NCBI GenBank assembly: GCA_009693325.1
Contig: SHXM01000001.1
Coordinates: 1,423 to 65,422 of the forward strand
DNA from: Rhodoferax sp.
GTDB taxonomy: Bacteria; Pseudomonadota; Gammaproteobacteria; Burkholderiales; Burkholderiaceae_C
Direction of reading: 5' to 3'
Length of the DNA stretch: 64,000 nt
Below, piece after piece: positions 21,170-30,615 of this stretch (the stretch's first letter is position 1; each line of letters opens with the position of its first letter). The translations under genes and the position numbers were made by a program. Below the pieces are notes generated by a model that worked only from the letters and a program-made list of their open reading frames with translations, made no database searches and had not been told where the DNA came from.

Positions 21170-21961
21170 CTACCACTTGTTACGCAGTTCCCGCAGGGTC
21201 CGGAACACTGTCTGGGCATCGGGATTGGCCGGCAGCTCGGGCACGGCCTCGCGCAGGCCAGCCATGACGCTGGCGCTGCCCAGCCTAAAAAACGTGTTGT
21301 GCGCATGCTCCTGCGCCAGCGTGGTCACCACCGAGCTGGCGGGGTCGTGGCCGGTCACGCTGGGCAGCAGCGCCTGGGCGGCGGCATTGTCGGGCTCGCG
21401 CGAGAGAGTGAACTTCAGGTTGGTCTCGATGTAATCGTGGCCCGGGTAGAGCCGGGTGTTGCCGGGTAACCGTGCCAGCTGCTCGGCGAAGGTGCGGTAC
21501 AGGGCGCTGGTGTCGCCGCCGTTGTGGGTGTTGCCGGCGCCGGCATTGAACAGCGTGTCGCCGGAGAACAGCGCCGGCTGCTCGGTGTGGGCAAACAGGC
21601 AGATGTGGCACAGGGTGTGGCCAGGCGTGTCGAGGCACTCCAGCTCCACCGTTTTGCCCACCTTGATCACGTCACCCGCCTGCACCCCCCGGTCCACCCC
21701 GCTGATGCGCCCGCCCGCCTTGTGGTGCGCAATCACCTTGGCGCCGGTGGCTGCCACCACCGCGGCGTTGCCGCCGGTGTGGTCGGCATGCTCGTGGGTG
21801 TTGAGCAACTGCGTGATCTGCCAGCCCTTGACCCGCGCCGTGGCCAGACATTTCTCGTGGTCCAACGGGTCAATCGCCAGCGCCTCGCCGGTCTCCGGGC
21901 AGGCGATCAGGTAGTTGTAATTGCGGTAGGCGTTACCGGTCCAGATTCGTTCGACAAGCAT
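21170..21961 (-). CDS. gloB: Hydroxyacylglutathione hydrolase (glyoxalase II, metallo-beta-lactamase fold)
   Basis: THEHADHTGG, TPGHT..H, FSGDTLF, YPGHDY. Confidence 0.8.
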   Translation of the reverse strand: MLVERIWTGNAYRNYNYLIACPETGEALAIDPLDHEKCLATARVKGWQITQLLNTHEHADHTGGNAAVVAATGAKVIAHHKAGGRISGVDRGVQAGDVIKVGKTVELECLDTPGHTLCHICLFAHTEQPALFSGDTLFNAGAGNTHNGGDTSALYRTFAEQLARLPGNTRLYPGHDYIETNLKFTLSREPDNAAAQALLPSVTGHDPASSVVTTLAQEHAHNTFFRLGSASVMAGLREAVPELPANPDAQTVFRTLRELRNKW

Positions 21962-22020
21962 GCGAGCATCTCCTTGAGGGCTGAACCATACCGCAAAACC
22001 TCCAGCATGGGTTCAGTCGA

Positions 22021-22182
22021 GCCGCCTACTCCCTGGCCCACCCCAACCCGAAACTGGCCGATGTGGCCCTCAAACCCGGCATGACCGCCACCGCGGACAT
22101 CCGCACCGGCCAGCGCTCGGTGCTGAAGTACCTGGCCAAGCCGGTGTACAAGACCTTTGCCGGGGCTTTGAACGAGCGGTAG
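22021..22182 (+). pseudogene. 3' remnant of an HlyD-family type I secretion periplasmic adaptor gene
   Basis: Reads ...HPNPKLADVALKPGMTATADIRTGQRSVLKYLAKPVYKTFAGALNER*, the HlyD C-terminal PGM..A.I.TG.RS.L.YL.KP...A..ER motif. In-frame stop at 21982; rest of the gene absent. Confidence 0.8.
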
Positions 22183-22201
22183 GGGGTGGCAGCGCGGGTG
22201 C

Positions 22202-22990
22202 TCAGGGCTTGGTACCCAGGGCGGTCTGCATTTGGATGAAGAGGCCTGCCACTGACGATGCCAGGTAGTCAGCGTAGCCATCAGCGGCGAGTGTCTTGGC
22301 CACGGTGGCCGAATCGACGAAGCGGGTCATCTGCGCCAGGTCCCAGATGTCGCGGTGCCGGATCTTGCTTGAGTCCAGTCCTACCGGCTGGTCTTGATGG
22401 TCCAAAAGCGAGGTCGGGAAGGCCAACACCTTGTCCGCCATGATCTCGTCAAGGGACTCGGCATTGACCAGCACTGTGGGCATGGCGCTCAAGAGGTCAT
22501 AGTTGGCGCGAAGCGGCACCAGTTCGCGGGTGTGGGCGGGGATGCTCGCCACTTCCTGCTTGATTTTTTGTCGCGGCATGGCAGGGTTTTCAGGGGTTGT
22601 CTCGATCGAGATCCACCACTTATTGACCCGAATGTGCTTGATACCGTCCTCTGCCCCCTGCGCCTGCTTGTGGTGCACAGCAACCAACAGTCCGAAGCGC
22701 TGCCCGATGCGCTTTTCCATACACGCTGCGATTTTTTGCATGCTTTCGGCCGAGAAGTCTTTGCCGCCAGCAAAGTCAAGATCCTCGCTGAATCGATCCG
22801 ACCCTCGGCAAAGCCGCAGCGAGGTGCCGCCTTGGAAAACCAGGCCTTTGAGCAGCCCCTCGGCGTCGAGCGCTTGAAAGATTTCGTAGTGCAGCAGCTC
22901 TTTTTCCACCACAGGTCGCATCGCCGAGAGCCCGGGGTTGGCCATGGCCATGTCCACAAGCGCGTTGAAGTCCTGCCGATTTTCGTTCAT
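22202..22990 (-). CDS. abiEii: AbiEii/AbiGii nucleotidyltransferase toxin (type IV TA), possibly internally shortened
   Basis: VEKELLHY, FQGGTSLRL, RFSEDLDF, EIMADK, RHRDIWDL. Confidence 0.88.
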   Translation of the reverse strand: MNENRQDFNALVDMAMANPGLSAMRPVVEKELLHYEIFQALDAEGLLKGLVFQGGTSLRLCRGSDRFSEDLDFAGGKDFSAESMQKIAACMEKRIGQRFGLLVAVHHKQAQGAEDGIKHIRVNKWWISIETTPENPAMPRQKIKQEVASIPAHTRELVPLRANYDLLSAMPTVLVNAESLDEIMADKVLAFPTSLLDHQDQPVGLDSSKIRHRDIWDLAQMTRFVDSATVAKTLAADGYADYLASSVAGLFIQMQTALGTKP

Positions 22991-23544
22991 GAAGCTTCTC
23001 CTGCTTGCGGGTCGTCGGGCTCACCTCGATCGATCATGTTGGCGTTGCGGCCCACCCGCAAGAGGTCTCGGATGGCGGCCTCGCGGATGGCGATCCGAAG
23101 CGGGCGGCCCTTGGTCTGTTCTGTGCGATTGAGGATGTCTGCGACGCCTCGCTTGGTGTGCGTGAATTCGATGACGCCGTAAGGGGTGTCGACCACGCCG
23201 CTCTTGCCTGTTGTCATGACTGTCATCCGGTTGATGGGGATTTGCGAGATCGCGCCGTACTCGGACAACATCGACTCCAGGCTGACGTAGTAAAGACAAC
23301 CTGGGCGGAGGGCCTTGGCAATCTCCTCGGCGACCCAACGGTTCTTGCTTGTCGCCGCCGGGTTGACGTAGAGCCCCCTGGCCACCCGCTGCAGTAGACC
23401 ATCGGCAACCATCCGCTGTAACGATTTTTCCAGGGCCTTTTCGCCTTCGTCGGGAAAGAGCTTCTCGATGTCACGCCGGGCCAGCACATGCACACCGCGT
23501 CGATCGAGTTCCGTCAGCTTGCGGATCAGTTCTATTTTCTTCAT
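22987..23544 (-). CDS. abiEi: AbiEi antitoxin (type IV TA)
   Basis: wHTH (L.RVARGLY), YVSLES.LSEYG.ISQIP; ATGA overlap with the toxin gene. Confidence 0.88.
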   Translation of the reverse strand: MKKIELIRKLTELDRRGVHVLARRDIEKLFPDEGEKALEKSLQRMVADGLLQRVARGLYVNPAATSKNRWVAEEIAKALRPGCLYYVSLESMLSEYGAISQIPINRMTVMTTGKSGVVDTPYGVIEFTHTKRGVADILNRTEQTKGRPLRIAIREAAIRDLLRVGRNANMIDRGEPDDPQAGEAS

Positions 23545-23590
23545 AAGTAATCTAAAACCCTAAAATTAAGTAGGGTTGAAGATTATTTAT
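23543..23590. promoter_or_regulatory. Inverted repeat, probable AbiEi autoregulatory operator
   Basis: ATAAGTAATCTAAAACCCTA-N8-TAGGGTTGAAGATTATTTAT; arms match at 17/20 positions; abuts the abiEi start codon in AT-rich DNA. Confidence 0.7.
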
Positions 23591-23677
23591 TGTGAACCAG
23601 AGCATCCCTAAATCAGCAACTCGTTGGTGTCTCCCCGTAGGATGACTTGGTTTTGCCTTCAGTACTAACCTAGCCTT

Positions 23678-26197
23678 ATGAACATTTCTTTTTGGCAATT
23701 GGGCAGTCGCACCCTGTGGCGCGACCTGCGCTCGGGCGAGTTGCGCCTGCTGGTGCTTGCGGTGACGCTGGCAGTGGCGGCCCTGACGGCGGTGGGCTTT
23801 TTTGCGGACCGCTTGCAGGGCGGCATGCAGCGCGATGCGCGTCAGCTGCTCGGTGGCGATGCGGTGATCGTCAGTGATAACCCGCCGCCGCCGGCCTTTG
23901 AGGCCAAAGCCCGCGGACTGGGTTTGCAGGTGGTGGAGACCCTGGGTTTTCCGACCATGGCGCGCGCCAACGAGGCCCGGGGAGGCGCCAGCAAGCTGGT
24001 GGCGCTGAAGGTGGTGGCGCCTGGCTACCCGCTGCGCGGTGCGCTTCGGGTGGCTGCACAGACTGATGGCCCGGGTGAGCTGACGCGCGACATCCCGGCG
24101 CCCGGCCAGGCCTGGGTGGAGGCCCCACTGCTCGAAGCCCTGGGCTTGGCGCTGGGCGATGAGTTGCTGCTGGGTGACGCCAGCCTGCGGGTGACAAGGC
24201 TGATCGTGAATGAGCCCGACCGTGGTGCTGGTTTCATGAATTTTTCGCCGCGCGTGATGGTTCATCGTTCCGACCTGGCCGCCACCGGTCTGGTGCAGCC
24301 GGCCAGCCGGCTGACCTACCGCCAAGCCGTGGCGGGGGAGGACGCTGGCGTCAACGCCTTCGTGGCCTGGGCGCAGGGTGAGGTCAAGGCCCGTACGGTG
24401 CGCGGCGTGCGGGTTGAGTCGCTGCAGGGTGGCCGGCCCGAGCTGGGACAAACTCTGGAGCGGGCCGAGAAGTTCCTGAACCTGATCGCCCTGCTGGCGG
24501 CGCTGCTCAGTGCAGTGGCGGTGGCCTTATCGGCGCGTGGTTTTGCTGCCAGCCACCTGGACGACTGCGCCATGCTGCGGGTGCTGGGCCTGAGCCAGCG
24601 CACCATTGCCTCCGCCTATGCCTTTGAATTTGCCGCGGTCGGCCTGATGGCCAGCGGGCTGGGCGTGCTCTGCGGCTATGCGGTGCACCATGTGTTTGTG
24701 CTGCTGCTGGCCGGCCTGGTGGATGCCGCCCTGCCGGCGCCCGGCATCTGGCCGGTGTTGTTTGGCATGGGCATGGGCCTGACCCTGCTGCTGGCTTTTG
24801 GCCTGCCGCCGGTGCTGCAACTCGCGCAGGTGCCGCCGCTGCGGGTGATCCGGCGTGATGTGGGCCGGCTCAAGCCCGCCTCGCTCGGGGTGCTGGGGGT
24901 GGGTGTGGCCGGCTTTGCCGCGCTGCTGCTGGCCGCCAGCAGCGACCTGACGCTGGGCCTGATCGCGGTGGGCGGCTTTGCCGGCGCCACCGCTGTGTTT
25001 GCCCTGCTGAGCTGGCTGGCGGTCAAGCTGCTGCGCTGGCAGGTCAACGAGAGCACGGCGCCGCGCTGGCTGGTGCTGGCCACGCGCCAGATCTCGGCCC
25101 GGCCGGCCTACACGGTGGTGCAGGTCAGCGCCCTGTCGGTCGGCCTGCTGGCGCTGGTGCTGTTGGTGCTGCTGCGCACCGACCTGATCAATAGCTGGCG
25201 TAAGGCCACCCCGGCCGACGCGCCCAACCGCTTTGTCATCAATATCATGCCGGAGCAGGGGGATGCCTTCCGCCAGGCGTTGACCGAGGCCGGTGTGACG
25301 CGTTTTGACTGGTACCCGATGATCCGCGGCCGTCTGGTGGCCGTGAACGGCCGGCCGGTGACGCCCGAGGACTACGCGGATGAGCGCGCGCGCCGCCTGG
25401 TGGACCGCGAGTTCAACCTGTCGCACAGCGCGGCCCAGCCGGTGCAAAACCTGGTGGTGGACGGTCGCTGGGTGGAGGAGGAGGCGGGTGCCATCAGCGT
25501 GGAAGACGGGCTGGCTAAGACCCTTGGCCTGAAGCTGGGCGATGCGCTGTTGTTTGACATCGGTGGCGTGCAGACCGAGGCCCGCATCACCTCGCTGCGC
25601 AAGGTGGACTGGGGCTCGCTGCGTGCGAACTTCTTTGCCATGTACCCGGTCAGCCGCATGGCCGATGTGCCCAGCACTTACTTGGGCGCCTTCAAGGCCC
25701 CGGCCACGCCGGGTTTTGACAACGCGCTGGTGCGGCGCTTTCCCAACATCACCAATGTGGACATGAGCAGCACCTTCGCCCAGGTGCAGCGGGTGCTGGA
25801 CCAGGTGATCCGTGCGGTGGAATTTTTGTTTGCCTTCACCCTGGCGGCCGGGCTGGTGGTGCTGTTTGCCGCGGTGACTGCTACCCGCGAGGAGCGGGCG
25901 CGCGAATTTGCCATATTGCGGGCCATGGGCGCACGCAGCAGCCTGCTACGCCAGGTGCAACGCGCCGAGCTGCTGGGCGTGGGCCTGCTGGCCGGCCTGC
26001 TGGCCTCTGTCGTGGCTTCGGTGGTGGGATGGGCGCTGGCCCACTATGTGTTCCAGTTTGAATGGGTGGTGTCGCTGTGGGTGCCGCTGTGGGGCTCGGT
26101 CAGCGGCGCGCTGCTGGCGCTGGCGGCCGGCTGGTGGGGCCTGCGCGAGGTGCTGCGCCGACCGGTGGTGGAGACCCTGCGGCGGGCTGCGCAGTAG
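23678..26197 (+). CDS. ABC transporter permease, YbbP/FtsX-like
   Basis: 839 aa; RDLRSGEL, LLGGD, YPLRG, PNRF.INI, REFNLS, LRKVDW.S. Confidence 0.88.
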   Translation: MNISFWQLGSRTLWRDLRSGELRLLVLAVTLAVAALTAVGFFADRLQGGMQRDARQLLGGDAVIVSDNPPPPAFEAKARGLGLQVVETLGFPTMARANEARGGASKLVALKVVAPGYPLRGALRVAAQTDGPGELTRDIPAPGQAWVEAPLLEALGLALGDELLLGDASLRVTRLIVNEPDRGAGFMNFSPRVMVHRSDLAATGLVQPASRLTYRQAVAGEDAGVNAFVAWAQGEVKARTVRGVRVESLQGGRPELGQTLERAEKFLNLIALLAALLSAVAVALSARGFAASHLDDCAMLRVLGLSQRTIASAYAFEFAAVGLMASGLGVLCGYAVHHVFVLLLAGLVDAALPAPGIWPVLFGMGMGLTLLLAFGLPPVLQLAQVPPLRVIRRDVGRLKPASLGVLGVGVAGFAALLLAASSDLTLGLIAVGGFAGATAVFALLSWLAVKLLRWQVNESTAPRWLVLATRQISARPAYTVVQVSALSVGLLALVLLVLLRTDLINSWRKATPADAPNRFVINIMPEQGDAFRQALTEAGVTRFDWYPMIRGRLVAVNGRPVTPEDYADERARRLVDREFNLSHSAAQPVQNLVVDGRWVEEEAGAISVEDGLAKTLGLKLGDALLFDIGGVQTEARITSLRKVDWGSLRANFFAMYPVSRMADVPSTYLGAFKAPATPGFDNALVRRFPNITNVDMSSTFAQVQRVLDQVIRAVEFLFAFTLAAGLVVLFAAVTATREERAREFAILRAMGARSSLLRQVQRAELLGVGLLAGLLASVVASVVGWALAHYVFQFEWVVSLWVPLWGSVSGALLALAAGWWGLREVLRRPVVETLRRAAQ

Positions 26198-26259
26198 GTT
26201 TACTATTCTTTCTATAGCAATAAATCCTTTGGATGCGGCGCCTGTAGCCTGATTTCATC

Positions 26260-26667
26260 ATGAGCATTGACCAGCCGTCAACGGCGGCCGCCCCGTTTGA
26301 CGCCCTCGGCGGCGAGCCCCAGGTGCTGGCATTGGCTGAGCGTTTTTATGACCTGATGGACCTGGAGCCGGCTTACGCGGCACTGCGGGCGGCGCACGGC
26401 AGCACCTTGGCGCAGGCGCGGCAAAAGCTGTTCTGGTTTTTGTGTGGCTGGCTTGGAGGCCCGCAGCATTACACCGAGCGCTTCGGCCACCCTCGCTTGC
26501 GTGCCCGGCACATGCCCTTTGTCATTGGCAACACCGAGCGCGACCAGTGGCTGGCCTGCATGGACCAGGCGATGCAGGAAACCGGTGTGCCTGACGACTT
26601 GCGACTGCGACTGGGCCAGGCCCTCTTCCAGACGGCCGACTGGATGCGCAACACGCCTGAGGCCTGA
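26260..26667 (+). CDS. Group II truncated hemoglobin
   Basis: LGGE..V..L..RFY, FLCGWLGGP.Y, GHPRLRARH, ERDQWL.CM. Confidence 0.92.
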   Translation: MSIDQPSTAAAPFDALGGEPQVLALAERFYDLMDLEPAYAALRAAHGSTLAQARQKLFWFLCGWLGGPQHYTERFGHPRLRARHMPFVIGNTERDQWLACMDQAMQETGVPDDLRLRLGQALFQTADWMRNTPEA

Positions 26668-26671
26668 ACGC

Positions 26672-27643
26672 TCAGGCGTCCAGGTCGATCTTGCGGTCTT
26701 GCGCCAGTTTGGTCCAGCGCGCGATGTCGGCCCGCATGAACTGGGCAAAACTCTCGGGCGACATCGGGCTGGGCTCCAGCGCCTCGGAAGACAGTTTGTC
26801 GCGCAGGTCGGGTGCTTTCAACACGGCTTCGAGCGATTCGTTGAGCAGCTTCACGATGGCCGCCGGCATATTGGCCGGGCCCACCACGCCGTACCACTGC
26901 TGTGCATCAAAGCCGGGGTAGCCCGATTCGACCAGGGTGGGGGTGTCCTTGAGCAGCGGGTGTCGGCCGGCGCCGGTCACCGCCAGCGGCCGCACCCGGC
27001 CCGAGCGGATGTGCGGCATCGCCGCCGCCAGCCCGGGGAACATGGCCTGGGTCTGGCCGCCGATCAGGTCGGTGAAGGCCGGCGCCACGCCCCGGTAGGG
27101 GATGTGCACCATGAAGCTGTTGACCTGCTGCTTGAACAGCTCCATGGTCAGATGGGTCAGCGAGCCGGCCCCGGCCGAGCCGTAGCTGAGCTTGCCCGGG
27201 TTCTTGCGCAGGTAGTCGGCAAATTCTTTGAGGGTGTTGACTGGCAGGCTGCTGTTGACCACCAGCACATTGGGGGTGCCGCCGATCATGCCGATGGGTG
27301 TGAAGTCTTTGATTGGGTCATAGGGCAGCTTGCGAGTGGCCGGGCTGGTGCCGTGGGTGGCGACATAGCCTTGCAGCAGGGTGTAGCCATCGGGCGCTGC
27401 TTTGGCCGTGACCTGGCAGGCAATCACGCCGCCGCCACCGGCCTGGTTGTCCACCAGAAAGGTCTGGTTCAGCTGCCTGCCCCAGCGCTCGGTGACGGTG
27501 CGGCCCACCATATCGCTGCCGCCGCCAGCAGCCACCGGCACGATATAGCGGATGGCCTTGTTCGGGTAGGCGGCCTGCGCCAGCAAGCAAGCAGGACTGA
27601 CCATCAGGCCGGTGCCAGCGCCCAAGAGGAGTCGACGTTTCAT
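26672..27643 (-). CDS. Bug/TctC family tripartite tricarboxylate transporter substrate-binding protein
   Basis: YPNKAIRYIVP..AGGGSD, PDGYTLL, YGSAG.GS..HL, HIPYRG. Start set at ATG 27643. Confidence 0.92.
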   Translation of the reverse strand: MKRRLLLGAGTGLMVSPACLLAQAAYPNKAIRYIVPVAAGGGSDMVGRTVTERWGRQLNQTFLVDNQAGGGGVIACQVTAKAAPDGYTLLQGYVATHGTSPATRKLPYDPIKDFTPIGMIGGTPNVLVVNSSLPVNTLKEFADYLRKNPGKLSYGSAGAGSLTHLTMELFKQQVNSFMVHIPYRGVAPAFTDLIGGQTQAMFPGLAAAMPHIRSGRVRPLAVTGAGRHPLLKDTPTLVESGYPGFDAQQWYGVVGPANMPAAIVKLLNESLEAVLKAPDLRDKLSSEALEPSPMSPESFAQFMRADIARWTKLAQDRKIDLDA

Positions 27644-27705
27644 GGATACCCCAGTTTCAAAGATGGCCAAATGGTCGCAAGCCACCGGCGGGCGGCTGCG
27701 GTCTG

Positions 27706-28359
27706 TCATTGTGCCGTCATGAGCAAAACCACCAAGGCGCCGGCCCCGCCGTCAGCCGGTTTGGCCTGCACAAAAGCCAGCACCTCCTTTTTTTGAACCA
27801 GCCAGCTGTGGACCCGGCTTTTGAGGATCGGGGCCTTGCCGGGCGAGCCCAGCCCCTTGCCGTGCACGATACGCACGCAGCGGATGCCGTGCTTGTGCGA
27901 TTCTCGGATGAAGTTGCTCAGGGCTTCGCGCGCGTCGTCGCGCCGCAGGCCATGCAGATCAAGCTGGCGCTGGATGCTCCAGTCGCCACGGCGCAGCTTG
28001 CGCGTCACATCGGTGCCAATGCCAGGACGACGAAAGCTCAAGAGATCGTCGGTATCGAGCAGGGTGCCAACATCAAACTCGTCGCTGATGGCCTCGTGCA
28101 GCACCGCCTGTTCGTCGTGCTGGTAGCGCATCAGCAGGGGCGCGGCGCGCACCTGTTTCAAAATTAGCCGGCCGGTGTCTGGCAGCGGCTGCACTGCGCC
28201 TGCGGCGCGGACAAAAAGACTTTTTTCGGCCCTGGCCTGGCGCTGTGCCTGCTCCGTCAGGGCGGCCTGCCGCGCCGCTTGTTGGGCCCGCGCGGCCAGC
28301 TCGCGCTGCACGGCTTTGAGATCTGCCATGCTGCCCAGCTTGGGTTTTGGCTGGCTCAT
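27706..28359 (-). CDS. Smr/MutS domain protein
   Basis: LDLHG, IVHGKG.GS, GGAGAL motifs. Confidence 0.9.
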   Translation of the reverse strand: MSQPKPKLGSMADLKAVQRELAARAQQAARQAALTEQAQRQARAEKSLFVRAAGAVQPLPDTGRLILKQVRAAPLLMRYQHDEQAVLHEAISDEFDVGTLLDTDDLLSFRRPGIGTDVTRKLRRGDWSIQRQLDLHGLRRDDAREALSNFIRESHKHGIRCVRIVHGKGLGSPGKAPILKSRVHSWLVQKKEVLAFVQAKPADGGAGALVVLLMTAQ

Positions 28360-29054
28360 AGCAGCCCCCGCTCAGCCATCGACAGCGCCTGCCCGGGCGC
28401 CACGATCACATGGTCGAGCACCCGCACATCGATCAGAGCGAGCGTGGTTTTGAGCACTTGGGTGAGGCTCTCGTCAGCGCGCGAAGGCTGCACCGTGCCG
28501 CTGGGGTGGTTGTGCGCCAGCACCACGGCGCTGGCCTGATGGTGCAGGGCGCGCAACACCACCTCGCGCGGATACACGCTGGTTTGGCTCAAGGTGCCCT
28601 GAAACATTTCTTCCATCGCCAGCAGGCGGTTCTGCACATCCAGAAAAAGCACCGCGAACACCTCATGGGCCCTGGCCGCGAGATGCAATTGCACATACTG
28701 CTTGACCGCCTCGGGCGTGGCAAATACGGCGCGGGCGCGCAACTGTTGGGCCAGTGCCCGGCGCGAGAGTTCGAGCACGGCCACCAGTTCAGCCCGTTTG
28801 GCCGGCCCGAGTCCTTTGACGCTTTTGAGATCATCTGCACTGGCATTGAGCAGGCCAGCGAAACCGTCAAATCCGTTCGGGTTGTTGCTGCTTTTGATCT
28901 GCAGCAACTCGTCAGCCATCTGCAGCACACCCTTGCCATGAATACCGGTGCGCAGCAGCAGGGCCAGCAACTCGACATCGCTCAAGGCGGCAGGGCCGCG
29001 GGCCAGCAGCTTTTCGCGCGGGCGGGCATCGGGGGGCAGGTCTTTGAGCGGCAT
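28356..29054 (-). CDS. radC: RadC family JAB-domain protein
   Basis: PREKLL..G..ALSD.ELLA, VYPREV, HNHPSG..PS..D, LDHVIV. Confidence 0.94.
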   Translation of the reverse strand: MPLKDLPPDARPREKLLARGPAALSDVELLALLLRTGIHGKGVLQMADELLQIKSSNNPNGFDGFAGLLNASADDLKSVKGLGPAKRAELVAVLELSRRALAQQLRARAVFATPEAVKQYVQLHLAARAHEVFAVLFLDVQNRLLAMEEMFQGTLSQTSVYPREVVLRALHHQASAVVLAHNHPSGTVQPSRADESLTQVLKTTLALIDVRVLDHVIVAPGQALSMAERGLL

Positions 29055-29137
29055 GGCACAGGCTTTTACAATCACTTCAGTTTATTCGGCAAACCACGGT
29101 CAGGCGACATGGCCCCTGACTTTTCTGTGAGACTTTT

Positions 29138-29602
29138 ATGCTCTCGACCCCTGTGTGTATTGAACCCGGCTCCTTTCTTACCCTTCATTACCGACTTGCC
29201 GGTGCTGCGGGCGATGTCATCAACACCTTTGGCGGGTCGCCTGCCACCCTGACTTTGGGCAGCGGCGCTTTGGCACCGGCCGTCGAGGCCTGCCTGCTCG
29301 GCCTGCGCGAGGGCAGCCGGGCAAGTTTTAATTTAGGGCCGGGCATCGCCTTTGGCGAGCGCAACCCGGCCATGCTGCAGTGGCTGGCGCGCCAGGAGCT
29401 CGCTGAGTTGGGCGATGCTGGCACCCCGTACCAGGTGGGCGATGTGGTGCAGTTCCCGACCCCTGACGCGCAGGGCCAGTTCGCCGGTGCGGTGCGCGAC
29501 TTGCGCCAGGACCAGCGCGGTGAGGCGGTGTTGTTTGACTTCAACCACCCGCTGGCCGGTCAGCCAGTGACCTTTGAAGTGCACGTGATCGGTATCCTGT
29601 GA
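29138..29602 (+). CDS. fkpB: FKBP-type peptidyl-prolyl isomerase (SlpA/FkpB)
   Basis: FLTLHYRL, DFNHPLAG..VTFEV; conserved position upstream of ispH. Confidence 0.88.
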   Translation: MLSTPVCIEPGSFLTLHYRLAGAAGDVINTFGGSPATLTLGSGALAPAVEACLLGLREGSRASFNLGPGIAFGERNPAMLQWLARQELAELGDAGTPYQVGDVVQFPTPDAQGQFAGAVRDLRQDQRGEAVLFDFNHPLAGQPVTFEVHVIGIL

Positions 29603-30615
29603 GCGCCGCTAACGGCCCCATCCTGCCGCAGGAAATCCTGCTGGCAGAGCCACGCGGGTTTTGCGCTGGTGTGGACCGTGCCATCGAGATTGTTGAGCGG
29701 GCTTTGCAAAAATTTGGCGCGCCGATTTATGTGCGCCATGAGATCGTGCACAACACCTATGTGGTCAACGATCTTAAAACCAAAGGCGCCATATTCATCG
29801 AGGACCTGGCTGATGTGCCAAGCGGGGCGACGCTGGTTTTTTCGGCCCACGGCGTGAGCCTGGCAGTGCAGGATGAGGCCGTGGCCAGGGGCTTTCGTAT
29901 TTTTGATGCCACCTGCCCGCTGGTGACCAAGGTGCATGTGGAGGTGGCCAAGCTGCACAAGGAGGGCTTTGAATTCATCATGATCGGCCACAAGAGCCAC
30001 CCCGAGGTGGAGGGCACCATGGGCCAGCTCGACAGCGGCATCCACCTGGTGGAAGACGTGGCCGATGTGGCGCGGGTGCAGCCCGCCCAGACTGTGCGGC
30101 TGGCACTGGTGACCCAAACCACGCTGAGCATGGACGACGCGGCCGAAATTGCCGCCGCGGTCAAGGCCCGTTTCCCGCAGGTGCGCGAGCCCAAGCAACA
30201 AGATATTTGCTATGCCACCCAAAACCGGCAGGACGCGGTCAAACTGATGAGCCCGCAGGTGGACGTGGTGATTGTTGTGGGCAGCCCGACGAGCTCCAAC
30301 AGCAACCGGCTGCGTGAGGTGGCGCGCAAGCTCGGCACCGAAAGCTACATGGTCGACAGCGCCGACGAGCTGCAGGCGCATTGGTTCAACGGCCGCCAGC
30401 GGGTTGGTCTGACGGCTGGCGCCTCGGCCCCCGAGATTCTGGTGCGCCAGGTGATAGACCGCATCAAGGCGCTGGGGGCGGTGTCGGTGCGCAAGATGGA
30501 CGGCATCCAGGAAACCATCAAGTTCCCGCTGCCCAAGGGGCTCAAGCCCGATCTCACCGGCACCAAAACAGATGTGCACCCGGGCCAGCACCCGCTGGAC
30601 AGCCATGCAGACTGA
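29599..30615 (+). CDS. ispH: 4-hydroxy-3-methylbut-2-enyl diphosphate reductase
   Basis: PRGFCAGV, DATCPLV, DICYATQNRQ, SSNS, TAGASAPE. Confidence 0.97.
   Translation: MSAANGPILPQEILLAEPRGFCAGVDRAIEIVERALQKFGAPIYVRHEIVHNTYVVNDLKTKGAIFIEDLADVPSGATLVFSAHGVSLAVQDEAVARGFRIFDATCPLVTKVHVEVAKLHKEGFEFIMIGHKSHPEVEGTMGQLDSGIHLVEDVADVARVQPAQTVRLALVTQTTLSMDDAAEIAAAVKARFPQVREPKQQDICYATQNRQDAVKLMSPQVDVVIVVGSPTSSNSNRLREVARKLGTESYMVDSADELQAHWFNGRQRVGLTAGASAPEILVRQVIDRIKALGAVSVRKMDGIQETIKFPLPKGLKPDLTGTKTDVHPGQHPLDSHAD

Noticed and set aside
28356-29054. RadC as a marker of a mobile element
   Set aside because: Full-length chromosomal type in a conserved smr-radC / fkpB-ispH context
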